NCBI GenBank assembly: GCA_053919585.1
Contig: CM132784.1
Origin: Euprymna scolopes
Lineage: Eukaryota
DNA length: 64,000 nt
Reading direction: 5' to 3' (one strand)
The position numbers were made by a program, and so were the translations under genes. Each line of letters opens with the position of its first letter. Position 1 is the first letter of the stretch. Positions 41,001-56,000 of this stretch are shown in pieces. The notes under the pieces are model-generated. The model was not told the origin of the DNA. It saw only the letters and a list, made by a program, of their open reading frames with translations, and did no database searches.

Positions 41001-44000
41001 GTTATGATTTTTATAGAGTACTAACCTTCAAATGGCACATGTTAAAATTTGAGCTTAATCAGATTATATGATTAGAAATTTAAATAAAGCCAATGTTGAA
41101 TATTGAAAATATGGAAAAATCTGAATTTCCTATATTGATAAAGTATTTCTTTCTGATGAAAAAAAATACTAATCAAGCAAAACAATAGCTTAATAAGTGT
41201 TATTCAAACTCTACTGCATCAGAAAGAATGGACAAGAGTTGATATGCTGATTTTATACATAGTTGTACAGATATGAATGATGTTAAACGCCCAAACCACA
41301 AAAATTCAGTAATTGTCCTCGGAAAACAAAAAAAAACATCCACAAATTCATATTGGAGGATTGTAAATTAAAGTCGCAGAAATGTTGAAAATATTAGAAG
41401 GCAGAATGTATTCAGCATTTTATATGAACATTTGTCAATGAAAAAGATTTGTCCAAAGTGGGTGCTGCATTTTTTTTTTGTTTTTTTTTGTTTTTTTACA
41501 AAGAACCACATAGGCAGCAAAAAGAATGTCCGCACTTGTAATTTTTTCAAAAACTGCAAATTTAAGCTAAATTTAATGTAACTGTTTAAACAAACTATAC
41601 CTCATTTGATTGGCCTTTTATTCTTCTATAATTTTACCTGTTATTTTTTTTTTTTTAAATTGACGTGAACACTAGAATATTTCAATTAAAAGTCAAATAT
41701 GAACAGGTAAAATTATAGAGGAATAAAAGACGAATCAAATGTGGTATAGGTTGTTTAAACAGTTACATTCAATTTAGCTTAAATTTGCAGTTTTTGAAAA
41801 AAAATTACAAGTGCAGACTTTCTTTTTGCTGGCACTGTACTTATCAAGGCCCGAAGACGACTTCAAAGATAAGAGTTAATGAATGTAAAGTGATAGTGTA
41901 ATAATCATTAATGGTATAAATTAGGTAGAATTTGATTATTTATGGGGACGGCTCAAACATTGGATTTGAAGGTTATGTTGTATTCAACCAGGAAGCAGGA
42001 CAGTGGAACAGTGTTCCACAGGTGGGCAGTTCTGGAAAAAAAGCTTTGTTCATGGAATCTGTTTAGATTTAGGCACAGATAGAGAGTGGGGGAAATCATA
42101 TATAGTGGTCATAGCTGGTCGAGTGTTTTTGTGAAAGTTTGCCAAGAGGTGGGGATGTTAGAGAATGGATAGAGAGAGAGAGGTGAGTTATAGTGTGGAC
42201 ACGTTGACCAGAAGTCAAGATCAGCTGATTGGATTGCGTGTGAGTCATGTGATTAGGTTAGCTGAATCGAGGAGATTTGGTTGAGACTTGGACGAGAGCG
42301 GACGGCTTCGCCGTTGTCTCCTCCCCTTCGCTGACGTGGTAGAAATAAGACCTAGAAAAAGAAACAACACAGGCCAAATTCACTTTCCAATCTTCTGCGA
42401 ACAAACTGGAAGGTGAATACAAAAACTATAGAACCAATTTCTTGTCTTGGAGTGAAATAAATCTTCGTCTCCAAAAACAGGTATCAAGTTTCCCTCCCAG
42501 ACGAGAATTTCCAGATGGACCAACGAAATGGCAGAAGGTATGTTGAAGATACATGACATGTCACACACATATTCACACTTAACAGCATATGAACATATGT
42601 AATAGAAAGACCACTAGACGATCACACACACACAACGACATTAATTCTGATAAGATAATCAAACACTCAATCCTTTATAAATAGACAATGCAACAAACGC
42701 TCATTTTATGATACGACAACGTAACAGGGGGGGGGCATAGATTGGCGTTCAGTCAAGCATTTGCCATGAAAATAATGATATTCGATCAAAAATAATGTAT
42801 CAATGATTCAGAGTTTTGGTTGCAATTGTTACAATGTAATAAAAAAAAAAAAATTTCCATCAATATGTAACAATGGATGAAACCTGGATCCATCACTTTA
42901 TTCCGGAGTCAAATTAGCAACTCATTGGAGTGATTTGTCTTTTGGTCTCAAAATACAACTCCGTTTACACTATCACTTTATTATTGAAGCCAATTCTCTT
43001 TTCTCTGGAACATTCTTCTAAGGTGTACAAACAGGCAGATCTGAAGAACGGGGCAGGTGTGGAAAGAATTTAAAGTGCAATTTATGTTGTCTTACCATCA
43101 TTGTGATCGACTTATGACGGTACATCGTCTTGATGAATGGGAACTTTATTTTCCATTTGTGGCCATTTGTGTTACATCGTATTCGTTATAAAAAGTTTTC
43201 TTTCTTACAGTAATCGATAAACGAAATATCTTGTGCGTCACAAAATATCAAAACAAAATTTGGCGTCTTTTGATCATTTTGGATAAGTTTCAACTGCTCT
43301 TACTCACCAAGCTGACAAGCAATTTCATTTCAAAGTGAAGGGGGGGGGATACATCTTTTGTCCATCGTCACATGAACACACTTTTTTGATGCGTCAAAAC
43401 AGTTTAAATGTTTAACAGCAAAGTTGAAAATTCTTAACTGACAATCATTTCCAATATTTTTTTCTTCCATTTTTAAAAAAAACTTACTTCTTTCAAATCA
43501 TTTACTTGTGTAATGTAGCCAGACTGTGCAGATTCCAACTGCTGGATGTACCTAGAAATAAAATATTACACAAAATAAACATGAAAAAAAAAAAAACACC
43601 TAATGTTCAGCATCGGACAAGGCACACACTGCTACTTAATTTGACACTCATAGTTTTGAAATCAGTAACAAGTACATTTCTCCTACCTCCATCAAAATAA
43701 AACTTATATAACTAAATTCACAATAAAATTTATTTTAAAATGGTATTTTAATATTTTTGTTGTGATTTGTCTATTTGAAGAAATCGCTATTTAAATCTGA
43801 CTATTAACAATGAAATCTGTCAGTATAGCATGTCCGCTGGCGGTAGATCACTTTTTGCAAATAAGTGGTCGAGGTGTGTTCACATAAATACGCATAGCGG
43901 AAGTTGTACCTGTTAACGTTTCTACTTGTTTTAGCTAATTAGGGAAAAGAATTGTCTTTGCTATCGAATTTGAACAAAACACGTACATCTTTCCAGTCAA

Positions 44001-47000
44001 AAGTTAGAATATCTCAAAATTGACGCTTTGTAGTAGAAAATATAGAAACCATGTTCGAATGCTATTTAATAGCAAAAATATTAATTTATTTTGTCCTAAA
44101 ATTTGAAAAGAATTGGATAAAAACTTTTTATGCTAGAGTCATTAGAAATACTAATGAGTGCTTATAAACACGAGAATTTTTGCACATCATCACACACACA
44201 AAAAAAAATCTGTAAACCCGCGTTCATTAACTAACTTGTGGACAAAGTATTCATTTTATTTTTGTTATTTAGAAAACTTAAATTTTTAATTATGGAAAGG
44301 AAAAAATATTTTAAAAAATAATAAATTATTTGAAAAAGAATAACCGATAATGACCATGGTTTTAAACAAGACACAAACCACATCCAGTTAAGTAAAAGAA
44401 TAATTTTTATTGGATTTGTTTTACAATCCACAGAGGTATGAAAAGTGGCCAAAAAATAATATAATATAATAAATGTTAACAATGGCAAGTTAGTTTTCTA
44501 CCTACCTCGATAAATTTTTGGTTTTTTTAAATGTTTTTTCTGTTCAAAAAATAAGTAGTATTGAGTGTGACATGAGAACAAGAAAAAAATGGTCACAATG
44601 TCTCTTGAAGTTTCGACAATAACTTAAAAATTATAGAAAATAATGGTAGAAACTCACCCGATAATTGTCACAATAACTTGAAGCCGTTAAAAATGAAATT
44701 TAAGTATCCTAATTAGTTTAATGAACTTGAAAACATAATTGTAATCTGTTCAAAATTTCCTTTCATTTGATATGCTGCAAGCCATATTTTGTAAATAATT
44801 TCTTTGAATCTTGTTGTGGTGGCCATCTAGGATTTTCTGGATGCCATCTTAGATTTTTCACGGTGTAATGATGACAAATGATAATGTCCATCAGAATAAC
44901 ATTTCGCATGATGATAAAGTCTTACCTCCCATTTTTAAACTGTTTTTTATGATGCGTCTACTGGAAGCTGTTAAAATGAAACTTAATTATGCTAATTAGT
45001 TTAATGTACTTGAAAACATAATTCTGATTTGTACAAAATTTCCTTTTATTTGATATGCTACAAGCCATATTTTGTTAATTTCTTTGAATCATGTCATGGT
45101 GGCATCTTGGATTTCCCAGTCGCCATCTTGGATTTTTCATGATGTTATAATGGGAAATGATAATGTCCATCAGAATAATATTTCCTATGATAATAAAGCC
45201 TTACTCACCATTTTTCTTAGCTGTTTTTATGTTTTTACTTAAAACTGTTAAAATTAAGCTGAAATATGCTAATTAGTATGCTAATTAGTCCGTAAGTTAC
45301 CAAGTGAGACGGTCGTAAATACAGACATTTGAACCTTTAAGGTGTTATAATATGTTGAAAATTTCATCATAATATCTTAAAAAATCTGAAGATACAATTT
45401 TTTAAAAATGGGTTAATCTGTAAATTGTGCAAATTTCCTACCATTTTCAGTCAAAAGCTTATATGCATTCAGATAGGACGGACTTAAGGTAAAATGTCCA
45501 GTGAACCACACATTTTTTGATACTTTGAATGGTCATAACTCCAGTTCTAATTGGCCGATTAAAAAAAACTAAAGATATTATTTCTTTGTTTTTGATGCTC
45601 TTTTCAAAAAATGCTTGATTTGAGTTTATTCAATCTAAAGAAAAACATTGTGTGGTATTGCCAATATTAGAATAACAAACGAAAATGCCATTAACCAATA
45701 AATTAGTACGCACCATTGTTGGTCTCTGCATTTCTGGTAAAATGTTGGTGGCCGCACTTGAAACTTCAAAATAAGGGTGTCATTCTGCGTATCTAAATAA
45801 CCTTCACTTGCAAGCAAGTCGAGTCGGAAGAATCGGTTGTAACCCCAACATTCTCCAACCTCAAAATCAGAAGCAAATTCCCTGACAATATTTTTGCTCG
45901 CATCCTTTGAGGCTTGGTGCACCATCTCCACCCTGTATTCATATCTGAAAAACAAAGATGTTTAGGTTTATTTTTAGCATTTTAAGAAATATGGAACATA
46001 GAAATTTGAAATGGAGGAACAAGAATTGGAAGAGATACATCAAGAGCATTTCCAAGGCTACTGCAAAGAAGGTGGGCTCTCTCTACCATGCTAGAAAGTT
46101 ATTTATGCCCAAGAGTATCCTGTACCTCTACAAGGCCACCATTCACCCATGTATGGAGTATTGTTGCCACATTTGGGCTGGTGCATCTGCTACTAGTCTC
46201 TCCCTCTAAGAGTCGCCAACCTAATAGGTCCTGACTGTCAACTCGGCTTCAACCTCTGCCCCATCGACAAAATGTTGCATCCTTCTGCCTCTTTTACAAG
46301 TATTTTAATGCTATGTACTTCGACGAACTCCAAGCCCTTGTACCCCCTTTACATAAATACCTACGAAAAACCCAACAAGCAGCAAAACCCACCCCTTCAC
46401 AGTAGAAATCCCTAGGTGTAAGAAAGCCTTCTGCTCTAATAGTTTTTTCCCTAGAACTGCTAGACTTTGTAATTCCCTTCTGGGCTTCTGCTTCCTCAAT
46501 TGTACTGACATGCAGAAGTTCCAGTGTAATGTAAACAGACATCTTGCTGCTCAACTCCCTACATAGTATCCCTGCAACTTATGTCCCCAATAGTAGCCAC
46601 ATCTAACAACAATGAATAGCTGTGATGCATCAAAACAGCTGTTGTGAATGGAGATATATGCGAGAGAATAATTGAACATCAAACCAAATAAACATGAAAT
46701 GCAGTTTGGTTTTATGCCCGAGTGAGGAAAACTGATGCTACATTCATCCTGAAGAAATGCGAGAGAAGTATCTTGGTAAGAAGATACCAGTATTTTTGCC
46801 AATTCAGATTTAAAAGCTTTTCACCGAGTACCAATAGACATGCGATTGACTATGCATAAATTAGATGCAAACAAATGATGAAACTGTTCAAGCAATACAC
46901 AGAAATACTCAGATTTAAAATCATATTTAGCGAAAACTTAATGTTAAAGAATGCATCAGGGTTCTGTACCGATTCCATTGTTTTCTTGATTGTTTTGAAA

Positions 47001-50000
47001 AAACTGTCGAGAGTTGGGTTTTTTTTTATACAGTTGTTCAGATTACATTTTGTATTGTGCTGATGAATTAGTATTTGCTTGTAAAATAATGGAAAACCTC
47101 TTTGTTAAGTTAAAGACTTGGAGGAATGCTATGGAAAGTAAAAGTCTGAGAGTGAATGTTAATGATGATCAGTGAATGTTACTAAAATCAGTGAATGTTA
47201 ATGATGATCAGTGAATGTTACTAAAATCAGTGAATGTTACTAAAATCAGTGAATGTTAATGATGATCAGTGAATGTTAATGATGATCAGTGAATGTTAAT
47301 GATGATCAGTGAATGTTACCAAAAATCAGTGAATGTTAATGATGATCAGTGAATGTTAATGATGATCAGTGAATGTTAATGATGATCAGTGAATGTTAAT
47401 GATGATCAGTGAATGTTACTAAAATCAGTGAATGTTACTAAAATCAGTGAATGTTACTAAAATCAGTGAATGTTAAAAAACTTTGAAAGAAAAAAAAAAA
47501 AGTTCTATTGCTCAATTTGTGAAAAGGGGGATCAATTTTTTGGTGGTCATTGTAAGCATTGTGTACACAATTTGTGCAGTGAAAGTATTGACAGGCTGAG
47601 AAAGGATAACCAGTTTTAATGAAAAGTGTAAGACCATGGAGACCGATGAGAAATCAGATCTGGAAAAATATATCAAGAAATTTTGTTATCATGGAGATAC
47701 AGTTGGAGTAAATTGCAAAAGTTAGAAGTGAATGAACTTTTGTCATTACTAACCAGCAGAGCATTACCACTGTTTACCAAGCAAAGAATCTCTCAGGCGT
47801 ATGTATGCAGTGTAATGAAGTATCGAAATAAAACCTGATCAGTGAGGGTTAAAGACATGCATTGCATGGAAAGCAATATGAAAATGATATGTTTAATGCA
47901 AGTCTTAAAGACTTGTTTGGTTTTGATGATCTTGAAGCAAGATCAAATGTAGTCAGTATAGAGAAATCTATACAGAGACTTTGATGTTATGGCCAGGTTG
48001 AAAAAAAATCAATGAGTTTTTTATTCAGTAGACGTAGAATAGTTTAAGTAGCAGGTTCAGTACACAAGACAAGGTTAAGAAAAACACAGAAGTGATAAAA
48101 ATGGGCTTGAGAGAAAAAGTGATAAGGTCCTGGGTAGATATAGGTCGGTTTAGCAATCAATTTCTTTAAACAGTACTGAAAGTATTAGAATATTGTTGCT
48201 CTTGTAGGTATTATCAGTTATTTGCCATAAGAACTGTTTTGAAGATTTAAAAAGTAATTTTATTATGGTTCCCCAGCAGTGCTGATTAGACACCAACTCC
48301 CTTAAGGTGTCAGCGATTTGGATGCCAGATCCAATTTTTGCTTTGAATTAAGTTACCTAACATATTTTGATATTAAAACTGTCAATACTAACCTGTGTAG
48401 TTCATCCTTGCTCTATACAATCATCATTCATATTATTAAAGATTTCGTATAAATAATTTTGCATGCTTTACTAGTATGATTTGATTAATTTTCTATAGCT
48501 TGAAACATTCACGATGGTTATTGTCTTAAATTTATATGTATTAGTAATCAACAAAGCTGTTTTGTTGTGTCTCATACAGTATAACTAGATATAACAAGAT
48601 GCAAGATTTGAAATCTGGGACCCAATTGTTCTTATCAGAGCTATCAAGTGCTCCATTCCTAAGTGAGCCTAATATATCTCAAGCAAAAGAAGTTATAAGT
48701 GATTAACTATCAAGTTGAATCTCTTAGCACACTGCCCTGAACAACATTAACAAACTACGTAATCAGTAATATCACCGTTCCTGTTAAGGGAGACAATTCA
48801 TTAATCATCTAAGCAAATATACACACTATTATCAGTAGAAAGGAGGCAACGGTGGCTAAGTGGTTAATGATATAGACTGACAACCCGAATAGGCCAAGTT
48901 TGAATCCAGTTTGTGTCACAGAAACAATTTCAATTAGGAATGTTGTTGCACACTTCGCATGGTTCCTCTCGTAAGTACCCAATATCCTTCTAGAAAGAAT
49001 TCTAAATATAAAGACATTTAGAAACGAATGCCAACAATAATCATCTGATTTATACGAAAATGACTGCTGCTCAACAACATTAGCAGCAACTGACTTGAAG
49101 TATTAGTATTGTTGGCAAGACACCTCCCTCCCAAGTGAATTTCATTATAACTTATTGCAATTTTTTAATAACCAGATTCTTTTTCTTTGCCCCCCCCCAC
49201 CTTTTTTTAAGTTATAGCATGTAAAGCATTCATAACATCAAGATATTTTAGGAATTAACAAAAGTGTGATACCAAATTATGCAACTAACAAGAGCTAAAA
49301 AAGTTTAAGCAATCATTTTTGAGAATACAGACTTAAGAGTCTTATACAAATCCATTCTTTTTAACTGCTAGCAATATTTGGATGCTGAAAGAAAATTTCA
49401 GATTTTTATAAAAAAAAATTAAATTGTAACCAAAGGTTATGGAGTAAAGAAAAAAAAAAACATGCATAAATCAGTTTAAATTTAAAAAAAAAAAAGGTAT
49501 ATTACTTGGAAGTTTCTGGAAGCCCAGCAGATAATTCTAGAAATACTGAGAGGTAATTCCCCCTTACAACTCCATTACCATCCTAGAATAAACAAACAAA
49601 AAAAAATAAATAAAAAAAAAATAAATAAATAAATAAAAAAAAAAAATGAAAAAGAGTTGAAGATTCATTTACAATAAAAAAAAAAAAATTTTCAATACAA
49701 AAATTTAAGTTAAATTTTTTATTCAACATCGGAACAAATAAAAACAAATAAAAAGGGTTGGTTCTGCATTACAAGAATTCAAACCGTTTGTTTGAGGGTG
49801 GGTCCGTGCTTTTTTTTTTTTTTTTTTAAATAAAAATATGCATGGGTATCGATCCTCTGTTTCATAAAACATTTTTTTCATTAATATTAACAATTAGTAA
49901 AGATATCCTGAAAAATTAAGCCATAGAAAAACTTTTTAAAAATATCTTAGTGACCCCTGACAATTGAACCTTCTTTATGATGTACGGACCCACCCTCAAA

Positions 50001-53000
50001 CAAACGGTTTGAATTCTTGTAATGCAGAGCCAACCCTTTTTTCCTTAGTAGGAAAAGAAGCATGTTCTCAACACCCGAAGAAGGTCGCAGGTTACAGCGA
50101 CTGAAACGTTGTGATAATGACACCAAAGATGAGAATAATAGTCCGATTAATCAATGTAACACAAATATTCACATCTCATCTCAAAACTTCAGAATTGCAA
50201 GAAGAACAGGTGTTTTGCTTTTGACAGAGTGGCAAGAGAAGTTGTTCGGTGGGGACAACCAAATGGTTTGTGAAGGTTATTCAAGCAATGTAGAGAAATG
50301 TTCAAAGTCATATTATAATTAACAGCACATTTCGTGACTGCTTTAATGTTAAAGTAAGAGTACATCCGGGTTATGTAGTGAGCGTGTTGCTTTTCATTTG
50401 CGTTTTAGATTTATTGTCCAGAGTTGCAGGTGAAACAGATATTGAGATACACAAAGAATTGATATATCCGATCAGAAAAGAAAGAGTTGCCTCAAACGAT
50501 TAGAATCATAGGATTGTGAATGGTTACAAGAAAGAACTCTGGATGATAGTAATTACAGAGACTTAAAGTTGATGAATCAGATCTTAAAAGCAGACATGAG
50601 ACTAAGCACAAAATAAACCAGATAAGCATAAAGAAAACGCAGTTTGGCTTTTATGCCCAGGCAAAGAACTACTGATGCAATATTTATCCAGAGACAAATG
50701 CAAGAGAAGTATCTTGGTAAAAAACTGTAGTTTGTTTTGTAGATTTAGACAGATTGTCTGGTGAGCTTTGTGTAAATTAACAACAAATGAAGTTTGTTCA
50801 AACAACGCATAGAAATGCTTCAAGTTAGATTTTAAATCACATTTAGTGACAGATTTTCATGTTAAAATGGGAGTACACCATGGATTTGTATCGAGCTTGT
50901 TGCTTTTGATTTGTGTTTTAGAATGACTGTCCAGAGTTTAGTATGGGTTATTTGGAAGAGATCTACAATGTGATGGTGTATGGAAATGAAACCCGACTAA
51001 TAAGAGTTGAGGATGAATATTATATGGAGAGAAATGATATTAAAATAATACGTGTAATGGGACTCTTTAAGACATGATTTGATTTGATGACTTGTATTAG
51101 GAATATTAAAGTTGGACTGTATAGGGAGATGGTTGCAGAACGAGACATTTTGGTTTGGTCACACTGAATGAAAATGGATGAACGTGTTTGAGTTGGTAGA
51201 TATAGAACAACCGAGTTGGCAGGAGGATTAACGAAAAACATGAAAGTGACAAAAATCGATTAGAGAGAAAGAGGATACATAGAGAAGGAGAAAAGATACA
51301 TTAGTTTCTAAAAACTGTCCAACACATGCCAGCAAGTAAAGTAGATATTAAATTGAATATTATAGCAATCTGGGCATGGGGGGGGGGGTGCATTTAATTT
51401 AATGAAGTCAAGAGTATTGGCTCAGAATCTGGCAACAGTGTGTTCGGGACATTTGCTCCATCTTGTTGTCATGTCTCCTTCTCTCCCCCATTCATTGATC
51501 TGCTGCGAAATATTTTTACAATGCACATAATGTTGGCATAAATTTTAATTTTATGTAGAAGAAAGTAAAAGGACAGATGAAATTTACTTACAGGATAGAC
51601 TTTGAGCCTCCAACTCAAGCCAGAAACATGTAAAGGCTGACTATAAACTGGGTCGGCCCTTTGTTGGAGAATGCCAAAATTTTCCATCACAAAAGCACTT
51701 GAATCATATTGAGGAACAATTTCACTGAATCAAATTAAAAATCATACAAATTAAGAGTAATATAAGCAAAATTAAGAAAAAATTTTTTTTTTTTTTTTTA
51801 AATGGAGATTACCAAACACAAACTGCAAAGAAGTCATTAACTAAGGTCACTAACATAAATACTTATTTTCAAAATGAATTGCTTTAAAATTGAATTCTAT
51901 TCCCATTGAGTTAATGAATTTTAAAAAAAATAAAAAACTTTTTGCATTCTTTTTGTTTTCAAGGAATTTTGATCAAATTATTGCAATTTAAAGTAATTTT
52001 TTTCACCGCAACACATTTTATTTAATTATTTTCAAGAAAAACATTGTTTACAACTTTCAATAGATAAAACCTTTATATTTATATAAAAAAATATTTAACT
52101 GCCATAATTATTTTGACAAAATAAGATTTTTTTTTCTTATTACTAAACATAATATTTATTTCAGGATTGCTATGGTACAAAGCTGACACAAACCAAAAGA
52201 AATTGAAGTGCTTAGACATTACAACAGATATAACAAAAACATGTATATTTAGTAAAAACGTTACATATTTATGGGTCATGTTAAGATTAGTAAAAAAATT
52301 TACAAAATTCCAAAAATGATTGAATAGAAAAATAATTGCAAGAAAAAAAAATTATCAAATGCAATCTTAGTGGTTTAGTTTATTCTGCATGGCAAACTGA
52401 CTTATCTCCCTTGTTTCACTTAACTTTCGCAATTTCATATTAGAAAATGATGACTCAAGTGTTTTTTGTTTTTTAAAAATCATTCTAGCAACTTTTCTAC
52501 TTAATTAATTTTTTATAATTTGGGGAATTTTAGCAAATTTTGACATGACATGTAACTATGCAATAATGTTTTGACTTAAAATGCATTTTTAAAATTTCCT
52601 TTAGATATCCTATTATAATATACAAGTACCAAAATAACTTCCATCCAATATTCCACCACTCACCTGGTAAAGTCAGCTGGAACAGGTGCAGTGACAAAAG
52701 ACGCCATTGGTTTCCGATGCACCTGTTTAAACATTTGCGTAAGTTCCCCACTTTTCTCTATCAATTCACTTTTCCCACAATCGTTCAATTGTCCCTCGAC
52801 TTCATGGATCAACGTCTCCAACAAACTAGTCTCCTGGGTCAACTGGTTTTTCTGACCTGGACAGCAAAAGACAAAATTAAAATTGAAAAAAAAAAAAAAA
52901 CTTGAATGTATTTGCCCTCATCATCATCATCAGTTTAACGTTTTATATGCTGACATACGTTGGATGGCTTTTAGAAATTGACTTACAAACTTTGATGAAT

Positions 53001-56000
53001 AATTTAAAATGATTTTTAAGATTTGTGTAGCATAACAGTGTTGCATTGGACAGGATCAAGGACAAATTGCAACTGAAGAGAAACGAAAAAGTTTCATGTA
53101 TTATTTGAAATCTTCTGACTACTTTTCTCATCTTGTACGTTATTTACACGTTTCAATCTGTGTAACCTTTGACTTTCTTCAAACCTCACATCTTGTTGAA
53201 CTTTGGAATCTTTCTGTCAAACCCGAGAAACTGCATAGAACCCTAACAAAACACTTTATTTCATCCACCTAAATCTGTTCTCATTTTATTAGATGTACAC
53301 GTGTTGAAAATTGGAATTTAATTTTAAACAGACAAAAATGTTTTTGGAACACATTAAGATGCAAAAAAATTTTATTACAAGAAAAATTAATGAAAAATCA
53401 TTCAAATTTCTTTTAATTTCTCCTTTTTTAATGTTTTAAAGTTGAAACATTTCTTATTAATTTCTGACCATACCAGATCCATCATCAGAGAATGAAAGAG
53501 TTATTTTGCTCGTTTCCCTCCCCCTCTTCAAATATAATCTGTTTCCTTTGTATTGTTATACCAAAGCAGAAACGCGCTAAAAACGCTCACACACAGAAGA
53601 GTTCCAAGACACTTTATGCGTTTAAGAGTATGTATGTCGATGGGCCATAAGTGCTAGGAGTTCATCAAGTGCAATGATTCCATTAAAGTACTTGTAAAAC
53701 AGGTATAAGAATACGATATTGTTGTGATGGGACAGAAGTTAGAGTTTGGCCAATAATGTGATACCTATTAGATTTGAGACTTTTTTTTGGACCCTGTCTA
53801 AAAGTGAGAGACTAGTGAAAGATGCACCAGACCAGATGTGGCAACAATACTCCATGCATGTTGCCTGTAAATGTTAAGCCGAATAGTTTGAAGGATGAGC
53901 TCTCAGATAGGGTGTTGTCATGGTAATTGGTAGTTGAAACAGTTTTTGTAGTTGTTAAAGGAAAGAAGTTTAGTCTTAGTAGCAGTAAATGTCACGATAC
54001 ATTTACAATTCTAGCTATAACTGCAATCAAACTTCAAATCTTTTGTACATCATATAATTCATTCAACCAATTAGCCATCGACTTTTTCGATGGGGTTAGT
54101 AGATGGCTCAGATGGTTCTCCATTCATATATAACATATATTGCATCTAATCATATTTACACCATGTTTGACGTAAAATTTGACCACCTAAGTCAAGTGAA
54201 ATAGGAAATTCAATACTTTTGATTACAAAAGGCACGAGATTGGTTAAATGGCAGTTTTTCTGAATTGGATTGGAAAATGTAGTTTCCTCATTCACAAGAC
54301 CTTAGTTGTCCTGATCTTTTTTTCTAAACGACAAAGTGTATTCAACACAAATAACAGCACTCAACAAATAAGCAGTGGATGATCAAAAATTTGAACTCCT
54401 CATTAGAGTTAAAAATTTTTAAATACCTCAAAATTTACAGTGTAAAGAATAGAAATCACTTAGAAAATATTTGAAAAAAAAAAAAAATGTATCCAGACTT
54501 TACAGACATCCTGTACACACAACGTTTGAAAGAATATTGTCAATTAATATTCAACACTTACCCATTAATGTCAACAGTTTGCTTTTTAATTGGGATTCCA
54601 AACGTGCAATCATCAATTCAACAGCATTACGGATTTCACGGACCCTTTCATCTTTGGCATTCTTCACACTTTCCATATTTCGTTCCTTAAAAAAAAAAAA
54701 AAAAGGTCTAGAAATTATTTGATTGTAATGCATTTTTGTTTTAGTTTTTATTTCGTTCAGTCATCTGTATCATTGTCTTTCAAACAAAACAGCTGAAGAA
54801 ACATCATTGAAATATAAAGAATGAGGAGAATAATACTTTGAAAAAAAGCAAACTTTTTTCTTTAAAATAGATAGCACTTTTTGTTTAAAAATGGAGAGCA
54901 CTTTGAGAGCACTCCACGAAGCAGCACAATTAAATTCAATCAATTATCAAATCTTCTGTATTTTTTATATAAATAAAAAAATACAACATTAATTTTTTTA
55001 TAACTCTTGAATTAAAATCCATGTTTAATTTCAGAAGAGTTTCTGATGGATAGCTATACTGTACAAATCCTGGAAATGAGTTTTCAGATGGGTAGCTGTT
55101 CTCTATAAATCTCAGACTTTTAAATTTTGCAGGCAAAGAGCAAAAAAAACTGTTGATATGAAAAAATTATGCTGGATTGCTAAAAAGTTTTAATATTTTT
55201 ATGGAGCAATTCTGTTTCCTGATTGTTTGCTAGCAGAACAGTTCTTATCACCAGTGTTTATAAATAGAACCTTCCAACTCCCGGTAATCATACCCTCTTT
55301 TTTATATAAAAAATATTGCAAGATTTCAAAATCTAATGCACGCTTTGTTACAATAATGCTATAAAACAAACCAATTCTGGTGGAATAATTAGTCGAATAT
55401 CAGTGTAAGCAATACCAAAATATCAGTCAAAATAACATCACAGTTGTTATAAGTGTTTTAGAGATACGACTGTTGAAAGCATTCAAAACTTTCTGGAAGA
55501 AAAAGTTTTGACTTTAAAATTTCTGAATAAATAAATAATTGAATATTTCCATAAAAAAAAATACTCAGCGACCCATTTAAGTGGTATGAAAAGAAAGGGA
55601 ATATTTACAGGATGCAGACAAATATCTTTTCCTTATTTTTGTTATCAATCTTGTCTTCAGGAAAATAGTGAATACATTTCCATCCTTTTTCAGAATAATT
55701 AATCATGAACAATTTTGAATCGATTTTTTGTGAAAGAAACAGTTCTCCTTGGGATCTACACAGGAAAGACAAATAAGGACATTTCAGACCTCCTCAACGT
55801 GAATGAGAGGATGGTAGGAAAGGTTAGAAAGGATGTGAAAGATTCAGGATTCAACAACATGATGCCACCAGAATACGAAAGTCATCATACCACTTGACTT
55901 CTTCCTGAAAGCCACTTGTTTGGCAACACCAGGTGCTGTAAGTAAATATTTCAAAGTTTATACTCCTAGCAATTTATAATCAGTAACAGAGGGTCTTTCA

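Larger units (their letters stand above)
41000..42930 (+). mobile_element. Decayed mariner transposon split by nested MITE, CR1 fragment and solo LTR
   Basis: MEKSEF-like start near 41111; [14 protein letters not shown] before 41470; resumes with [15 protein letters not shown] at about 42867-42911. Confidence 0.7.

Noticed and set aside
47151-47475. CRISPR-like array (also considered for 10670-12428, 29805-30390 and 56998-57243)
   Set aside because: Head-to-tail tandem units with no unique spacers, no cas genes, and a eukaryotic intron context.
48842-48925. tRNA gene (also at 6760-6830 and 61485-61560)
   Set aside because: A/B-box remnants only; no complete cloverleaf, and the sequence continues into a repeat body.
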